Below are positions 1 to 8,605 of a stretch of 20,000 bases of DNA, piece by piece; within the stretch, counting starts at the first letter, position 1; each line of letters starts with the position of its first letter. This DNA is from Myxococcota bacterium (GTDB lineage: Bacteria; Myxococcota_C; UBA6777), in assembly GCA_023150835.1 (NCBI GenBank), contig JAKLKB010000011.1, positions 57,265 through 77,264 on the forward strand. The letters are read 5' to 3'. Under the pieces are notes generated by a model. The model saw only the letters and a program-made list of their open reading frames with translations. It did not search any database and had not been told where the DNA came from. The translations under genes and the position numbers were made by a program.

Positions 1-996
1 CAAGCCATCGGCCTCGCGCTGGATCCCAAAGCACAGTTCCTGTACACCGCCGCCCAAAACGCCAGCCAAAGCCACTTTTTCCTCAAAAGAATCCAGCTCC
101 CCAATCTCCAACAAGCCAACCTCGCCGTCGTGCCCAATCCATCGACACTTCCCCGAAGTTACCAAGGCGTGACGGCCCTTGCACTTCACGCTGCCCCCGC
201 CCAACCTATCCTCTACTTCACCGAAAACAACGGCTGCATCCTTTACAAAGCCACCCTCCGAAACACCGTCGCCACCGTCGAACGCCTTGGAGACGGCGTA
301 TGCCGCCCCGCTGCGGCAACACTCTACACCTCCCCTATCGTCATCCAAAATGCCCGATTCATCGACATTACCAGCCTTGCAGTCCACCAAGCCACAGGCA
401 AACTTTACATCGCCGAAAAAACTGACCAGCTCCTTCACGTCTTCGACCCCCAACAAAATACCCTACAGACGCTGCACGCAAGCGAGAAAGACGATCTGCT
501 CTGTCTAAAAAGCCCTGCGCTATCGCTGCTTTCTGTCGCAGCCGACATACCAGCGACGGAACGGATCTTCTTGCTTCACCAACATACCGCAACAGAAGCA
601 GGCATCTTCTCCTTTGCTTTTGGTACCGCTTGCACCAACACCCCCCTTCGCATCGTTCCCGACACAGGCTTGCTCACCCCCACCACCTTTGCCCCAGTCT
701 CCGACGAAAAACAAGCCGCAACCGCCTTTTATTTTTCCCAACACAACAACACCACCCCCCCCTCGATCTGCGGATTGTTTCGCGGCGCGCTCACCAAAAC
801 CCAGCTCAACGCCCCCGTCGCTTTGCTCCAAGGGGCGTGCGAGATCAAAGATGGACTCGCCAACAAGCCGGACACATCGACCGCACAAGTCGGCCAGATC
901 TCCTCGATGACATGGCACCCCACTTCATCGCACCTTTACTTCCTCGATCAAGCCACCAACGGCGCAACGCACCTACGCCGCCTCACAGCCCCGTAA
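1..996 (+). CDS. NHL-repeat / beta-propeller protein, C-terminal part (5' truncated by window edge)
   Basis: Frame is open from base 1 (QAIGLALDPKAQFLYT...). Recurring blade-like segments GLALDP..FLY, ALALH..ILYF, SLAVH..KLYIAE and SMTWH..HLYFLD..HLRRL. Stop TAA at 994-996. Confidence 0.6.
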   Translation, partial: QAIGLALDPKAQFLYTAAQNASQSHFFLKRIQLPNLQQANLAVVPNPSTLPRSYQGVTALALHAAPAQPILYFTENNGCILYKATLRNTVATVERLGDGVCRPAAATLYTSPIVIQNARFIDITSLAVHQATGKLYIAEKTDQLLHVFDPQQNTLQTLHASEKDDLLCLKSPALSLLSVAADIPATERIFLLHQHTATEAGIFSFAFGTACTNTPLRIVPDTGLLTPTTFAPVSDEKQAATAFYFSQHNNTTPPSICGLFRGALTKTQLNAPVALLQGACEIKDGLANKPDTSTAQVGQISSMTWHPTSSHLYFLDQATNGATHLRRLTAP

Positions 997-1095
997 CAAC
1001 CACGCATATGCAACGACTTCGTTTTCGTGATGACACCGCCGCTCTTGTATCACCCCACATCGGATGCACACCTGTCTCCCCAAAAAGGACCCAAC

Positions 1096-2169
1096 ATGAT
1101 CAGCCATTCTCAAAAAACGATCGAACAAGTCAAAGAATACTACGGAAAAACCCTTCAGACGAGCAACGACTTAAAGACCAGCGCCTGCTGCGCGACGGAA
1201 ACGATGGATCCGACGCTCAAGGCGATCTTGCGTGAGATCGACGACGAGATCCTCGCACGATTTTACGGATGTGGCTCGCCGATCCCCGCAGCGCTCGAAG
1301 GGACAACGATACTGGATCTCGGTTGTGGGACAGGCCGTGACGTGTATGTCCTGTCCAAACTGGTGGGCCCTTCTGGTCGTGTGATCGGTGTGGATATGAC
1401 CGAAGAACAGATCGCCGTCGCTCAAAAACACGAACAGGCCCAAGCACAGCGCTTTGGTTACTCGATCCCAAACACTCGATTCCTTCGAGGATACATCGAA
1501 GATCTGCGATCGCTTGGGATCGAAGATCAGTCCGTTGACATCGTCGTTTCCAACTGCGTGATCAACCTGTCACCCGACAAAGAACGTGTCTTTTCCGAGA
1601 TATTTCGCGTTCTCAAAAAAGGGGGCGAACTTTTCTTTTCGGATATCTTTGCGAACCGGCGCATCCCTGCCCACCTTCAACAAGATCCTGTCTTGCGGGG
1701 AGAATGTCTTGCGGGAGCGATGTATCTCGAAGACTTTCGACGGCTGCTGTTGCGCGTTGGATGCCCAGACTACCGTGTGGTCGCCTCATCGCCTGTCACG
1801 CTCGAACACGACGATATCGACCAACGCATCGGGATGATCGACTTTACATCTTTGACGCTGCGCGCTTTTCGCCTTGATTCACTCGAAGATCGCTGCGAAG
1901 ACTTCGGCCAAGTCGCCGTGTACAAAGGCTCGATATCGGGCCATCCTCATCGCTTTGCGCTCGACGATCATCATCTCTTTGAAACAGGCCGTCCGATGCT
2001 CGTTTGCGGCAATACCGCCGCGATGCTCGGCGAAACGCGCTTTGCCAAGCACTTTACAATTCAAGGGGATCGCTCTACACACTTCGGGCTGTTTGATTGT
2101 GGACCCACAACAGCCTTCCCGCGCTCCGCGCAAACCAACGAGCACACACAAACGGGCGGATGCTGTTAG
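1096..2169 (+). CDS. arsM: Arsenite S-adenosylmethionine methyltransferase, ArsM/AS3MT-like long form
   Basis: Motifs VKEYYGKTL..DLKTSACC, FYGCGSPIP, LDLGCGTGRD, VSNCVINLSPDK, GECLAGA, a CEDFGQ...VCGNTA C-terminal domain and terminal GGCC. ATG at 1096 with AAGGA RBS is preferred to the ORF-track start at 1027. Confidence 0.85.
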   Translation: MISHSQKTIEQVKEYYGKTLQTSNDLKTSACCATETMDPTLKAILREIDDEILARFYGCGSPIPAALEGTTILDLGCGTGRDVYVLSKLVGPSGRVIGVDMTEEQIAVAQKHEQAQAQRFGYSIPNTRFLRGYIEDLRSLGIEDQSVDIVVSNCVINLSPDKERVFSEIFRVLKKGGELFFSDIFANRRIPAHLQQDPVLRGECLAGAMYLEDFRRLLLRVGCPDYRVVASSPVTLEHDDIDQRIGMIDFTSLTLRAFRLDSLEDRCEDFGQVAVYKGSISGHPHRFALDDHHLFETGRPMLVCGNTAAMLGETRFAKHFTIQGDRSTHFGLFDCGPTTAFPRSAQTNEHTQTGGCC

Positions 2170-2190
2170 CGCACAAGGGAGCACCCCAAC

Positions 2191-3000
2191 ATGGATATCC
2201 AAAGTTTTTTCAACTACCTCTGGCACGATTATATCGCCATCGCCCCCGCAGCGGGCGCTTTGCACCGCGCCCTCGAAAAACAACGCAGCGAAACCATCCA
2301 CAACGATCATGTGGCATTTCGCACCTTTGACCTTGCCCCGATCCACCTCGAAGCCCTCGAACAGCACATCCTCGCCCTTGGTTATACCCGCTACGCCCCG
2401 TATCACTTCGCGGAGAAAAAACTTCGGGCCTTCGGATACGTCCACCCCGATCGCTACCAGCCCAAGATCTTTTTGAGCGAGCTTGAAACGCGCTTTTTTA
2501 GCGAAACACTCCAGTCCACCGTACGAGATATCTGTCAACAGATCGATCCGTCCCGTGTATCGGACCCTTCGATCATGTGGGCAGGCCGCTTGTGGGAACC
2601 GATCGCTTACGAGACGTATCAAGCACTACTCGAAGAAAGCGAATATGCCGCATGGGTCGCTGCGATGGGCTTGCGCGCCAATCACTTTACCATCGACGTC
2701 AACGCCCTCAAGACCCTCCATTCGATCGAGGAGATGCTCGATTTCGTCGAGGCCCAAGGATACACCCTCAATACTTCGGGAGGGCGCATCAAAGGCTCTC
2801 CCGCCGTTCTTCTTGAACAAGGCTCGACGATGGCCGACCAAGTCCCCGTATCCTTCGCCAACGGCGAGATCCACACTATCCCTTCTTGTTATTATGAGTT
2901 CGCTCGACGCTATCCCGATGCCAACGGCCAGCTATATCAAGGCTTTGTTGCCGCCAGCGCCGACAAGATCTTCGAATCTACCGACGCCAAAAAAGCGTAG
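2191..3000 (+). CDS. DUF1338 family protein (2-oxoadipate dioxygenase/decarboxylase HglS-like)
   Basis: Motifs NDHVAFRT, PKIFLSEL, ESEYAAW, ANHFT, YYEFARRY and GFVAASADKIFEST. GGGAG RBS; 21 bp downstream of arsM. Confidence 0.85.
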   Translation: MDIQSFFNYLWHDYIAIAPAAGALHRALEKQRSETIHNDHVAFRTFDLAPIHLEALEQHILALGYTRYAPYHFAEKKLRAFGYVHPDRYQPKIFLSELETRFFSETLQSTVRDICQQIDPSRVSDPSIMWAGRLWEPIAYETYQALLEESEYAAWVAAMGLRANHFTIDVNALKTLHSIEEMLDFVEAQGYTLNTSGGRIKGSPAVLLEQGSTMADQVPVSFANGEIHTIPSCYYEFARRYPDANGQLYQGFVAASADKIFESTDAKKA

Positions 3001-3015
3001 AGAGACAGCCCGCCC

Positions 3016-3461
3016 ATGCAAGCGATCTTTTTTGACAAACCGCCCAAGCGACAGGAGCCACCCTCTACAACGGCGAATTTGGCAACCGCACGATGCTCGG
3101 GGGGTTTGATGTGGTCTATGATTGCGTCGGCACCCACGCAACGCTCCAACAATCTCTCCGCCTCACACGCGCCGGTGGTACGGTCGTTTTGGAAGGCGTG
3201 TATTTGCATCGGATGCGTATCGATCTCACACCTGTCTGGCATCAAGAAGTCGATCTGATCGGCACGATCGCACACGGGCGCGAGTCTTGGCAAGGCGAAA
3301 CCATCGACACCTTTTCGCTCACAGCACGCCTGATCCGCGAAAACAAGATCTCCTGCAAAGACTTGATCACACATCGCTTTCCACTCGCTCGATGGAAAGA
3401 AGCCATCCAAACTGCCGTCGACAAACGCACGCACAGCATCAAAGTGGTCTTCGACCTCTGA
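3016..3461 (+). pseudogene. Zn-dependent alcohol dehydrogenase (MDR family) with a large out-of-frame internal deletion
   Basis: ATG 3016 gives an MDR-like N-terminus MQAIFFDK. From about 3036 a different frame reads ..ATGATLYNGEFGNRTMLGGFDVVYDCVG..GGTVVLEG..LITHRFPL..IKVVFDL, which is the MDR C-terminal third. The catalytic Zn domain is absent. Confidence 0.7.
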
Positions 3462-3513
3462 GGTCGATACGAGGCCAAGCCCGCCCCGATCAACTCGGCT
3501 GCATCGCTCCTCT

Positions 3514-4143
3514 CTACGATCCACCGGCAGAGGGTTTGTGTGCGCTGCCTGCGTAGATCGGAAAGGGGTTCCAAAAGCTCGTCTGGATCGGGCGAAAGCG
3601 CTCGTGCAAAAATCCCGCTTCGGTCAGCAAAGTATGTGGATCGCGATCAAGATGACAACCACCTGCGACTTTTTTCCATACAGGCGTCATCCAGCGCTGC
3701 ACCGAACGCATCGCATTGTGGGGTGATGCCGTGTGTTCGATGTAGTGCAACGCCCCATCTGGCCGCAAGACACGAAAGATCTCACGGATCGCTCGTTGGA
3801 TCTCGGGGATCGTACAAAATACCCACGTCACCATCACCGCATCAAAGAACGCCTCTGGAAAAGGCAGATCTTCTGCACCTGTCTGCACAAACTCAACGGA
3901 GACATTGTGCTGTATGGCCCGTTTTTTGGCGACTTCCAACAAAACAGGATCAGGTTCGATCGCATACAGCGCTTCAACAGGCCCATAATAGGGAAGATTC
4001 AGACCTGTCCCCACACCGATCTCCAACACTTTCCCCGAGGCGTTTGCGATCGTTCGGCCTCGCAACCGCTCTAACGGGGACATCACCACTTCCATCATAT
4101 ACGCCGAAAACGGCATCTTGGGGCGTTTGGTAGGTACACTCAT
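3514..4143 (-). CDS. Class I SAM-dependent methyltransferase (Methyltransf_11; METTL7/PmtA-like)
   Basis: Motifs VLEIGVGTGLNLPYY, AEDLPF, FCTIP, RVLRPDG..YIEH and GGCHLDRD. ATG at 4143 with GGAG RBS. Confidence 0.85.
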   Translation of the reverse strand: MSVPTKRPKMPFSAYMMEVVMSPLERLRGRTIANASGKVLEIGVGTGLNLPYYGPVEALYAIEPDPVLLEVAKKRAIQHNVSVEFVQTGAEDLPFPEAFFDAVMVTWVFCTIPEIQRAIREIFRVLRPDGALHYIEHTASPHNAMRSVQRWMTPVWKKVAGGCHLDRDPHTLLTEAGFLHERFRPIQTSFWNPFPIYAGSAHKPSAGGS

Positions 4144-4205
4144 CGCTTCGCTCCGTATCAAACGGTTTCTATCGCAACGCACCCAAAAGCCTGTTGTGCT
4201 TTTCG

Positions 4206-4328
4206 GCGCACCTGCTCAAGAGCCACCAAAGGGGCAAATCTTTTCACGACCATCGTTGTCTGGGGAAAGCGAGCGGAAAGCTGCGCACGCGCTCAAGAGC
4301 CACCAAAGGGGCAAATCTTTTCACGACC
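4206..4328. repeat. Exact 38-bp direct repeat pair (4214-4251 and 4291-4328), period 77 bp
   Basis: GCTCAAGAGCCACCAAAGGGGCAAATCTTTTCACGACC occurs twice and extends to 46 bp with 2 mismatches. Confidence 0.95.
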
Positions 4329-4512
4329 CGTTCACCGAGCCTTCACAGGCCGTCAAAACAGCCGCGCTATCGAAGAACAGCGTCAGCCCTTGCCAGAACA
4401 GAAACGGATCTTGTAGAAGAACCGCCGATCGCGCAGATGCACAAGACACTCTCGCGCAAAAGACAGGCAGCGCCCCACGAAAACATCCGCTCAATCCGAG
4501 CGAAGGAGTGCC

Positions 4513-5322
4513 ATGATACGGGAATATCTGTGGTCCAAAACCAAAGAACGACTCAAACAACCCTTTTATGCGGCTTATACGGAGCGCTTGCAAAGACAGG
4601 CGAAGACGTGGAAGCTACCACGACACGTCGGCATCATCTTAGATGGAAATCGCCGATATGCCCGAAGCAGCGGCCTTGGAAGCGTGATCGATGGTCATGC
4701 ACACGGTGCAGACAAGCTCAAAGAAGTGTTGGGTTGGTGCATGGAACTCCAGATCCCGATCATTACGATCTGGATCTTTTCGCTCGACAATTTCCAACGT
4801 GACGACGAAGAGGTCCAAGGACTGTTTCGTTTGATCGAACAGAAAACACACCAACTGCTCGAAGAACCCGATATCCATAAAAATCGGATGCGCATCCGCT
4901 ACATCGGGCGATTAAACCTCTTGCCCGAGAGCCTCCAGCAAACCATCCAACACGCCGAAAAAACCACCGAGCATTACGACCGCTTTGTACTCAACATCGC
5001 CATCGCCTACGGTGGGCGCGAAGAGATCACGGATGCCTTTTGCCGCTATATGCAAAACAACGATCCCGAACGCAGCCTCCAAGAAGCTTTGCGCGATCTC
5101 TCCCCTGAAACCCTCACCCCCTATCTTTACACCGCTGGGATGCCCGACCCCGACCTGATCATCCGAACCAGCGGAGAGATCCGACTCTCTGGCTTTTTGC
5201 TCTGGCAAAGCGCTTATGCGGAGTATTACTTTTGCGATACCCACTGGCCCGCCTTCCGCAAGCTCGATCTCTTACGCGCTGTCCGCTCTTATCACCTCCG
5301 CCAACGCCGCTTTGGTCGTTGA
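4513..5322 (+). CDS. uppS: cis-isoprenyl diphosphate synthase (UppS family, resembling the short-chain Z-prenyltransferase Rv1086-like subgroup)
   Basis: Motifs LPRHVGIILDGNRR, FSLDNFQR, AYGGREEI, PDPDLIIRTSGEIRLSGFLLWQSAY and RRFG. AAGGAG RBS. Confidence 0.92.
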   Translation: MIREYLWSKTKERLKQPFYAAYTERLQRQAKTWKLPRHVGIILDGNRRYARSSGLGSVIDGHAHGADKLKEVLGWCMELQIPIITIWIFSLDNFQRDDEEVQGLFRLIEQKTHQLLEEPDIHKNRMRIRYIGRLNLLPESLQQTIQHAEKTTEHYDRFVLNIAIAYGGREEITDAFCRYMQNNDPERSLQEALRDLSPETLTPYLYTAGMPDPDLIIRTSGEIRLSGFLLWQSAYAEYYFCDTHWPAFRKLDLLRAVRSYHLRQRRFGR

Positions 5323-5334
5323 TGCGGGGCGTCT

Positions 5335-5872
5335 CTATTTGAGGTGCTGTAGAAAAGCGATGATATCGTCGAGATGTTGGGTGGAAAGGACGGTGCTGTA
5401 ATTGGGCATCACGTTGCGATCTCCCGCCAGTTCGAGCGAATCGGAGCGCAAGATCTTTTGGCGAAAGTAAGCGTGGTTACGCAAGATCGGCTTTCCGCTC
5501 GCCAACACCGCAGGGCGTCCATAGATCCCCTTCAAGGTCGGGCCTAGGCTGTCTTCGCCTGTAAACGTGTGACACATCGCGCAGCCATGCTTTTGCAACA
5601 AGGCCAGTGCTCGGGTGCGGATTGTAGGAGAAAGGGCGGGTGTTGGGGGGAATTCGGAGGCGTCAGCAGCGGTAGAGGGGCAGGCCTCTTCTTCGGCGAT
5701 ATCGCTTTTTTTGGGCTGAGCGGCTGCGCTTTTTTGAGGCTGAGCGGCTGCGCTTTTTTGAGGCTGAGCGGCTGCGCTTTTTTGAGGCTGAGCGGCTGCG
5801 CTTTTTTGAGGCTGGGCGGCTGCGCTTTTTTGAGGCTGGGCGGCTGCGCTTTTTTTGGGTTGGGTTATTTCA
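5335..5872 (-). CDS. Repeat linker plus c-type cytochrome domain (resembles the CoxII C-terminal cytochrome c); probable out-of-frame continuation of the upstream cytochrome lipoprotein
   Basis: CAMCH heme motif, GPTLKGIYG, distal MP (VMPNY) and LSTQHLDDIIAFL. No signal peptide of its own; the frame joins the upstream gene if the A10 tract at 5873-5882 is A9. Confidence 0.7.
5703..5862. repeat. 24-bp coding tandem repeat, about 6.6 copies, encoding (QPQKSAAA)n on the minus strand
   Basis: Unit CGCTTTTTTGAGGCTGAGCGGCTG (minor variants) starts at 5703, 5727, 5751, 5775, 5799, 5823 and 5847. Confidence 0.95.
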
Positions 5873-6439
5873 TTTTTTTTTTGTGAGCGAAAGCACGTAG
5901 TAAGCGAGCGCCCAACGATCTTTGGGGGGGATCTGTACATAGGCCACCATCCCAGAGGCCGCGTTGGGGGAGCCCTTGCTCAAGACGCGATAGATATCAG
6001 CCGCTTTGTTTCCGTAGCGGTATCCGCCTGCATAGAAGTTGGTGGGCTTGATCGGCATTGCGAGTCCTGCGGGGCCATCGCCTTTTCCTTCGTTGCCATG
6101 ACAAACGGTGCAGCCGTTTTGGGTATAGAGCGTTTTGCCATGAGCGATAAGGGCGGGTGTTTGGGCGGGTGCGTTGTTGTCGTCGTACACCACGACTTTT
6201 TCGACTTTGACACCGGGATACAACACGCGGTGTTTGCTTGCTGTATCGGTCGCAGAAGTGACCGTTTTGTTTTTGTCTTTGAGCCAAGCTTGCCAGACAG
6301 CGGCTTGTGCATCGGGGGGGGTTTGGCAGCTAATCAAGCCTAGGTTGCAAGCACGCTCGTCTTTTTCGCAGCCTGTGAGCGCCAACGCGCCCGACAGGAC
6401 GAGGCCCAACGCAAAAAGAGTTTGAGAAGTAAAGCGCAT
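5870..6439 (-). CDS. c-type cytochrome lipoprotein
   Basis: Signal peptide with lipobox LTGC; GKTLY..CTVCHG..GKGDGP, GMVAY and RWALAYYV. ATG at 6439 with AAAGGA RBS. Confidence 0.85.
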   Translation of the reverse strand: MRFTSQTLFALGLVLSGALALTGCEKDERACNLGLISCQTPPDAQAAVWQAWLKDKNKTVTSATDTASKHRVLYPGVKVEKVVVYDDNNAPAQTPALIAHGKTLYTQNGCTVCHGNEGKGDGPAGLAMPIKPTNFYAGGYRYGNKAADIYRVLSKGSPNAASGMVAYVQIPPKDRWALAYYVLSLTKKK

Positions 6440-6621
6440 CGTGTATGTCCTTTCTTTGGGCTCTCTGATCGTCACCCAGATCGCAGCGATCGATGGAAGA
6501 GAGCATGATCCCACTACGTTTCGTGCGGCATCTTCTTAACGCACACAACGCAGGGATGCAAGAGTCTTTGACGAAACACTTGGCGTAAAAAGCGATCGGC
6601 CTCGGATGGTCGGGAGGTTGG

Positions 6622-7167
6622 ATGAGCGGTTGGTGGTTGGTGTTGGTGGTCTTTGTGATCGTGATCTGGGTGGTGATCGATACGTTGCGATGGGGGATAT
6701 CGCCGATGCCCACGATGGGACGAGCGCGTCAAGCGATGTTGCAAGCCCTGCCAAGCGATCTAGACGGCGTGATCGTCGAGATGGGCGCAGGATGGGGCGG
6801 ATTGGCGATCGGGGCGTTGCAGCGTTGCCCCAAAGGGCGGGTCGTGGCGTATGAAGCCGCATGGGTCCCTTGGGCGGTGGGGTGGCTGCGAAGCCTTCGG
6901 TGGCGTGGGCGTTTGCGATGGGAGCGCGCCGATTTTTTTACCGCAACATGGCCGAACGAGACGCAAGCGGTGTTGTGCTACCTTTACCCGGGCGCGATGC
7001 ACCGTCTCGCAGAGGATTTGCCGCGCCGTCTTCCCGAAGGGACGTGGGTGATCAGCCATGCCTTTGCCCTTCCACTCTGGAAACCAGAAAAAACCTTGAT
7101 CTTGCCCGATCTCTTCCGAACTCGTCTCTACGTCTATCGTATCCCTGCCCAACAGCCCGTCGCTTGA
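6622..7167 (+). CDS. Membrane-anchored class I SAM methyltransferase (FAM173-like)
   Basis: N-terminal TM helix, GISPMPT, EMGAGWGG, ADFF, CYLYP..M and VISHAFALPLWKP. GGAGG RBS. Confidence 0.8.
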   Translation: MSGWWLVLVVFVIVIWVVIDTLRWGISPMPTMGRARQAMLQALPSDLDGVIVEMGAGWGGLAIGALQRCPKGRVVAYEAAWVPWAVGWLRSLRWRGRLRWERADFFTATWPNETQAVLCYLYPGAMHRLAEDLPRRLPEGTWVISHAFALPLWKPEKTLILPDLFRTRLYVYRIPAQQPVA

Positions 7168-7225
7168 CTTCGTTTCCAACCACCCTCTCACACAAAGCGA
7201 TGCTCTTTCAAAGGAACCAGCAACC

Positions 7226-7705
7226 ATGAGTACCATCCGATTTTACCGCGTGGACGATCCATACGGAGAGTTCTCTAATTTTTCCCGCCACCGCATCCAT
7301 CTCAAAGGCAAGCCTTGGCCCACCACAGAACACTATTTCCAAGCGCAAAAATTCGCAGGAACCCCCCACGAAGAAGCCGTACGCCAGCAAAAAGGCCCTT
7401 CGATGGCCGCGCAGATGGGCCGTGATCGCGCCCTTCCGCTGCGCAAAGATTGGGAGTCCGTCAAAGACAACGTGATGCGGGACGCGATCTATGCGAAGTT
7501 CACACAACACGTCGATCTCAAAGAACTCTTGCTTTCTACTGGTGACGCGCTCTTGATCGAACACACCACAAAAGACCGATACTGGGGCGATGGCGGCGAC
7601 GGAACAGGAAAAAACCGCTTGGGGCATATCCTGATGGAAGTCCGCCGACGTATCCGCGAAGAAAACATCCCACCGACCGAATCTTCCCCTCCCGCCGAAG
7701 AATAA
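7226..7705 (+). CDS. ybiA: NADAR family protein (YbiA-like N-glycosidase)
   Basis: Motifs IRFY, YGEFSNF, WPTTEHYFQAQKF, LRKDWESVK, AKFTQH, LLLSTG, D.YWGDGGDGTGKNRLG.ILM. Confidence 0.92.
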   Translation: MSTIRFYRVDDPYGEFSNFSRHRIHLKGKPWPTTEHYFQAQKFAGTPHEEAVRQQKGPSMAAQMGRDRALPLRKDWESVKDNVMRDAIYAKFTQHVDLKELLLSTGDALLIEHTTKDRYWGDGGDGTGKNRLGHILMEVRRRIREENIPPTESSPPAEE

Positions 7706-7725
7706 GTCCACCCCCAACGAAATCT

Positions 7726-8196
7726 TCAAGGCAAGGCGATCGGAGTCGAAGGAAGAAAATCATCCAACAAAAAAACCCTCATTTCGCCCACCCGACGAAA
7801 CGTGCTGTCGTTGGTGATGAACGCTTGACAACCCGAAACAACGGCAACAGCGATCTGAAGAGCGTCGGGAGTTTTCAGACGGTATCGTACGCGCAACCTC
7901 GCGGCATCTTGCGCGACGTTTGGTGTGATATCAATCACCTCAAACCCTGATGCCGTCGTCAACAATTCAACGTACTCATTTTGCAGCGCAAGATCACCCT
8001 GTTGAATTGGCTTTGTTAAAAGTTCGAGCAGCGTAAGCACCGAGGTCACGCCAAACAGAGACCCCTGATCGATCGAGCGCATCACATCGAACATAACGGA
8101 ACTATAGGTTGCGTGGGCTTCCACAAAATAGATCAACGGAGCGGTATCAAAGCCCAAGCGTGTGACGTTTGCCAACGCGCCAAGAATGCCGGTCAA
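7726..8196 (-). CDS. vapC: PIN-domain (VapC-type) toxin
   Basis: Motifs FDTAPLIYFVE, TSVLTLLELL, LKTPDALQIA and FITND. Probable TTG start at 8196 overlapping the antitoxin TGA, with GGGAGG RBS (alternative GTG at 8208). Confidence 0.88.
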   Translation of the reverse strand: MTGILGALANVTRLGFDTAPLIYFVEAHATYSSVMFDVMRSIDQGSLFGVTSVLTLLELLTKPIQQGDLALQNEYVELLTTASGFEVIDITPNVAQDAARLRVRYRLKTPDALQIAVAVVSGCQAFITNDSTFRRVGEMRVFLLDDFLPSTPIALP

Positions 8197-8420
8197 GGTG
8201 CCTCCCACTCATCGCGAAGCCCTCGCACATAAGCTTGCGCGTCCACATCCATCCAGAGTTCTTTTCCCAATCCATGCAACATCAAGATGCTCCGTTGCTC
8301 CGAACCCTTCGTTGTGGCAACCAGATTCTACACCACCAAAGAAAGCAAACGAAGCTGCTCTTCTTTGGGAAGACGCTTGATGTGTTGCTCGTACAGTTGT
8401 TCAACGTGATCTTGCCGCAT
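8193..8420 (-). pseudogene. Antitoxin partner of the PIN toxin, interrupted by an in-frame TAG at codon 31
   Basis: Reading through TAG (8328-8330) gives MRQDHVEQLYEQHIKRLPKEEQLRLLSLVV*NLVATTKGSEQRSILMLHGLGKELWMDVDAQAYVRGLRDEWEAP. The GLGKE.W..VDAQ.YV..LRDEW tail resembles antitoxins found upstream of such PIN genes. Confidence 0.8.
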
Positions 8421-8605
8421 CTGCTTTCTCTCCGTGTTATGTTTCTGCCCGCCTCGGAAAAGTGAATCTCTCTTATCCGAGAGAACAAGCGCGAAAACGG
8501 CTTTTTCGTCAAGCATTCGCTTCTACTCGTACAAAACAACGGTACGGATGGACTTTCCATCGTGCATCAAGCCCTTGCCTTGGGTCAAACAAGTGTACAC
8601 CAAAG

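Noticed and set aside
4231..4282. c-di-GMP-I riboswitch (GGCAAA...GAAA)
   Set aside because: No P2 stem closing a GAAA tetraloop and no GACGCAAA-like segment.
7226..8196. NADAR acting as antitoxin (DarT1-NADAR-like) next to a toxin
   Set aside because: No ADP-ribosyltransferase is present, the PIN gene is convergent and has its own antitoxin, and the NADAR looks like ordinary YbiA.
8328..8330. Genome-wide TAG reassignment or pyrrolysine
   Set aside because: TAG ends apparently full-length genes in this window (arsM 2167-2169, DUF1338 2998-3000) and no pyl machinery is visible.
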